A stretch of 63,998 bases of DNA, filler included, from Dimargaris cristalligena (lineage: Eukaryota): NCBI GenBank assembly GCA_003614675.1. It is 3 parts of 3 records of this genome, joined end to end, with 100 filler letters (N's around TTAATTAATTAA, not from the genome) between each part and the next. Parts side by side here need not be neighbours in the genome. Positions count along the whole stretch, not along the records: positions 44,262 to 63,998 come from ML002717.1; 2 more parts are not named here. One strand, written 5' to 3'. The notes beneath the pieces are model-generated. The model was not told the DNA's origin. It saw only the letters and a list, made by a program, of their open reading frames with translations, and did no database searches. Shown here piece after piece: positions 59,636 to 63,998 of the stretch; the first letter of the stretch is position 1; every line of letters starts with the position of its first letter. Made by a program: the position numbers and the translations under genes.

Positions 59636-61182
59636 TTACTGCTGGCTGGATGGTCTCGGAGGGGGGAAACCCTCACGATATTTAATCAAGTACAGCTGAT
59701 CATCTAGAACGGATTTATCCAATACAAGTGTCTCGTCGAGATCGAGCCAGTTATCCTTGAGCAACTTTCGGGCGACCGGCAGGCGAACTCGAAAAGCTAG
59801 CTCGGGCTTGCCACTAGAATTACGACGTACGTACACTAGCCCTCTACCTGTCATTTCGGATAGAGTATCAGTATCATTAAACCGTACCCGAGGAGCCCTG
59901 GTGCACTTTTCCTCGGCCATACTGAATCCTAAAGCATCGGCATAACCACAGTTAGTTGTAATTCCACCGGCTATTTTGACCTCTTGGTCAGGGGGGAAAT
60001 CGCCAAACTCCAAAAGCAGCATGGCCGCGTAACTGTACCATCTAGGTTTGATGTACTGACGGTTTTTTTCCATCAGACCCCGCACTTTACCGAACTCACC
60101 GGCGATGACCAGGACCGCACAGGCACTGGCCCAGAGCTGACCGTCTTGTCGCCACTTGATTCCATACTTCCATTGATTGACGATGTTATGGGGGCTTAAT
60201 TGAAGTAGTGGGTCGTCTTGATACATGTTTTGAACATCCATGGCCAGTGTTTTATCATCAAAAAAATCTGAAACCTTTGAGATGGTGCTGAAGATGTAAT
60301 CCACGGACAATTCTGGTAATACCTGCAACATGGGAAAAAGAACCCGCTTGTGGGCATCGCTCATTCGCGTATAGTCCAGGTACGCCCATTCCTTTTTAAT
60401 ATCTTCCAATATTGTAGGATCTAATCGGAAGTGCGATAAAGGCCGATCGAGATAGGCTCTCTCAGTCAAATACTCAGCTCTTTCCGTAATGCGGCCACCA
60501 CATATCTCCCAGACCACTGTTGTAAGTAAACCCAGCGGTTGCATTGGAAGGAGCAAATGTAAAGTACTCAAGTTGAGTGGTTGGCCATCCAATATCAGCT
60601 TTATGGAGCCCTCCACGAGCTTTCCAAAGGTGGAAAATAAGACAATACAAGAAAATGACAGCATAGCATTGGGATTAGGAATAAGTAATTAGTCAGTGAT
60701 TCATTCAATAGAGGTCGGCTATGAGATAGAATATACAGAGCTACCCCGATCGCTTGCCTGTCATTCAGCGGGCCATCGTAGTTCCGACGAAGTTGACATA
60801 CAGGGTGGCTAGATGAGGAATAGTATGTCTGGTAATTCATTTTAGATAATTCCAGTGAACTTACTTGCAAATAGTCTTGGCTTCCTTTATGCTGCTCGAT
60901 AGTATTATGCAAATGCCGATTGACCTTAGACATTCGCGCCAGGTCTTTAGCTGGCAAACGGTCTAGTATCTTACCGATTGTTTCCTGAGGAGTGTTGCTA
61001 AATGGATTAATCTTAGTTGAAAAATTGCTATCTATTCTGTAATCAGGCAGGTGTTCTGGGGCATCGTAGAAGATATCATTGTCACCATCTACTTCTTCCC
61101 CATCCAGGGGCTTAGGGCGACCGACCGCTGCATGAGCCAAAGCCAGGCCTAACAGAGTGATGGGAGCAAGGTACGGCCTCAT
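59636..61182 (-). CDS. Predicted secreted F-box protein; exons 61182-60865 and 60619-59636, about 433 aa
   Basis: Signal-peptide-like 'MRPYLAPITLLGLALAHAAVG' and F-box-like 'FSNTPQETIGKILDRLPAKDLARMSKVNRHLHN'. A CAA|GTAAGT donor, CTGAC/CTAAT branch-like site and AAG acceptor join the two listed ORFs in phase 0. Confidence 0.72.
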
Positions 61183-61648
61183 TATCAACGAACGGAAACA
61201 AGGGAGAGGGAGGGGTGGGCGAGGGGTTGAAAATAGCTATAATAGAATGGCCAATGGCGAATTATCCCAAATAGCAGACTATGGTGGTGAGAAATGGTTG
61301 TAAAAGATGGTGTAAGCCGAAACTGATGAGAATCCAGTGAGTGGGGTGTGGATATGGTATATTGAAACAAGGGGGGAAACCGTGAGGTTTTATATTCGAG
61401 GCGGGGGTTGAAGAGGAAGTGACGCTAGGTAGAGACATATCCACAGAGCAAAACATATGAGCGACTCGCTTGTAAATGTAGCACAGACCTAACGCACCTT
61501 ACACAGACGTGATGCCACATTGGAAATATGATAGGCTAATATGCTAATGTCCTCTGCGTGTCCCTTGCCAGAGAAAAAAGGGGGAGGTGCTACAAGAGTG
61601 CAACGGGAATTCTCCAGCCGACCTATTGGGCCGAGTCTACCGCTGCCT

Positions 61649-61792
61649 CTAGGTGAAATGTGGACTAGTTGTATGAGGTTTTACATGGTATGTGCATAGG
61701 GAAATAAGCGGGAGACCCATTTTTAACCAATAATATCAGTCTTATCCAACAGGGTGTTTTCATTTTACAGCCCCGTCGAATTTCTCCCCCAT
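61649..61792 (+). mobile_element. MITE family copy 7, degenerate
   Basis: AGGTGAAATGTGGACTAGTTGTATGAGGTTTTACA ... TTTTACAGCCCCGTCGAATTTCTCCCC; the internal sequence is colinear with the family. Confidence 0.65.
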
Positions 61793-63998
61793 CTTTAAAT
61801 AGATCAAGAGAATCATTCCGGGAAGTTGTGACACAGGCAAGAGACTATAGGCTATTCAGCGAGAGGTCTCCCCCATTGGTAATTTATTTACCTGGCACCT
61901 ACCTACCTACTCGACCACACTGCCAAACTGGTGGTGCAGCCACTGCCCTAGGCAAGACTTGCCACCAAGAGAACCAGGCCACCTATCTTTCAAGTGATTG
62001 GAAGGTGCACCAAAAAACCATCAAAGAAAAAGGGTCGGGTTTATAAATAGGATGGTCCCTGACCAATACCTCAAAGCCCCCATTCACCATAGCCTTCTAT
62101 AATTACACCTGAGTACCCCTTGACCATCTTTTTTCAAGCCTAAATACTATTTATCATGTATATTGGCCTTCCAACAAAAAAGGAATTCATAAATGTGATT
62201 TTTGGGGAGAGGGTGATAATTTCCCTCGTCCTCCCATTCGACTCCCTCATACATTTCAGGGAGGGAAGTCATTTCCCCTCTTCCTATCTGCCCCCGGAAT
62301 TGATGACTTTGAGTGTTCCTCATAAACCTTTTTTCCTCTTTTGAGTATATTGGTATAACAAAAATGGGTGACTCATCGAGTTCCCCTGGGAAGAAAACGG
62401 TCCTTGCCCTTGAAAAGCAGGACTACTAGTTATTACACCCCCCCCTAATATATTCACTATACGTACCACTAGTATTTGCACCTTGGCTCCATTAGCCATT
62501 GTATTCAGCCAATGTCCTTTGATATGGGTGGATTCCAGAATTGAGCCAAGTGGGGCTCTCTCAATCCCCTTTTGGCTTGAAAATTGGGCTGCTTGATATT
62601 AATTAGCTGTTTTGACCATTCAACGTACAACCATTTCATGTACTGTGTGTCCCATGGTAGCTATAAGGATAGAGTCAACTAATTGTAATGGTTGTCGAAC
62701 TACCTAGGTGGAACGGTCTATCTAGCCAATAAAAGAGCTGGTGTAACAACCAGCTGGACGGAAGGATTTATCCCCTCCAGATTATTATCAAAACCAAGTG
62801 CTCCCGCCTCCCCCTAGTTCGGGGAGGTTCCTTCTTTTACAATCCCTATGTAACCAACCCTTTATACACTTAACCCACTGGTCTTATATTGACAAGTAAT
62901 AACGAAATAATTCGAAAGTCAATTGACAGTCGAATGGGAACCATCACTCTCCCCCCTCCTGGGATCCCCACCACATTGTTCGCAGGAGCAGACCTAAAGG
63001 AATTGAGCATAAAAATCAATTATAATAGTAGAGGGGGAGGTAAAAGATTGTAGTGCGAAAATGGGTATCCTATCTTCCTCCTTCTGTTATTCCCTCCTAC
63101 TAACCAACCCACTATATTTTCGTTGATTTTAAGCTGAAATACATATTCTGCTGTGTTCATTACACATGGACACTACACATTTTTTGGCAATTGTAATCAG
63201 CGAATTTGTCCACCAAGCATAGTAAGTAGACCTACTATATAACAAAACGTCAACAGTATCACCTGGGTTAACCACTCTTAATCCATTAAGAGTCCCAGGG
63301 ATAGGCTTCTAATGGTAGGCGGGGCTCAGGCTCAGCCAAGTGGGCTACTAGCATTAGGGAAGGACCAGTACTAACCAAAAAAGGGTGAGTGCAGGCTAAT
63401 GCAAGGGACATACAGCAGGCACACTTACTGGCTAATATAATGGGTGAGTATATAAGGAGTTTATTGGGGTAAACTATGGGGGTAAGAAATAAGCTAAGGA
63501 ACTAAACCAGTCCCAGAGGGGCCCGGTTATTTATATGTAGAGACCACTCATAATGAGGAGTCTTTAAGAGCAATGGGATAACTAAAGAAGAGGTGAGGGT
63601 CAGGGCCTTGACTGGGAGGCTTGCATATGGAAGACTCCACTAAGAAAGGAGGAACATTGGGTCAGCTGGTGGAGTATTGCATGAGAAGCATTGGGGCCCA
63701 GTCATAGTGGATTATATAGCAAGGGAAGAGTAATATGGTGCAATAAGGCAAGATCAGATGGGACAATTAGTATTCCTGTATTTAGAGAGGATTAGGTGGG
63801 CCGACAGATAACATCTATTAATAATAATCCACCTTGGTGAAAAAAATTGGAAAGGAAATAACCCAATTGTACAACTTACATTCTGTAAAGAACTGAACTC
63901 AAATCCTTGAAAACTGAACTTTATTTGAAAAGGTAGGTGATAAAAGGGAAAGGTGATGATAGACTTGCTGTTCCAAGAGGTGGCAGTAAGGGGGAGTA

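Noticed and set aside
60601..60664. Overlap of the 195-aa and 342-aa ORFs as a programmed frameshift
   Set aside because: A canonical GTAAGT...AG intron (60864-60620) joins them in frame.
1031..61792. Dispersed palindromic repeats as CRISPR or REP elements
   Set aside because: Eukaryotic context, dispersed copies, no repeat-spacer array; the TIR plus TA structure fits a MITE.

Overview
Eukaryotic, intron-containing fungal DNA. The gene content (QDPR, Ash1-like GATA factor, Rsc7, a secreted F-box protein) and the codon style suggest an early-diverging fungus, possibly Zoopagomycota; this taxonomic guess is inference only. The window is three contigs joined by artificial N-TTAATTAATTAA-N spacers at 22041-22140 and 44162-44261. 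I can model about 17 protein genes. Recognisable ones are QDPR, Mex67/NXF1, a calponin/transgelin homolog, a truncated aldo-keto reductase, an Ash1-type GATA factor, GMP synthase, alanine aminotransferase, an MFS transporter, a Rua1/DUF4451-type protein and Rsc7/Swp82. A ~143-bp TA-flanked MITE family has at least 7 copies. Main points of interest: (i) a solo, CpG-rich Ty3/gypsy capsid gene with no pol, zinc knuckle or LTRs, a candidate Arc-like domesticated Gag; (ii) a signal-peptide + F-box protein, a candidate secreted effector; (iii) two otherwise intact genes that each need a +1 shift at G-CCC-CCC-CG; (iv) adjacent, divergent Sororin-like and SIMC1/Nse5-like genes next to RSC7. All family assignments come from motif recognition by eye; no searches were run.
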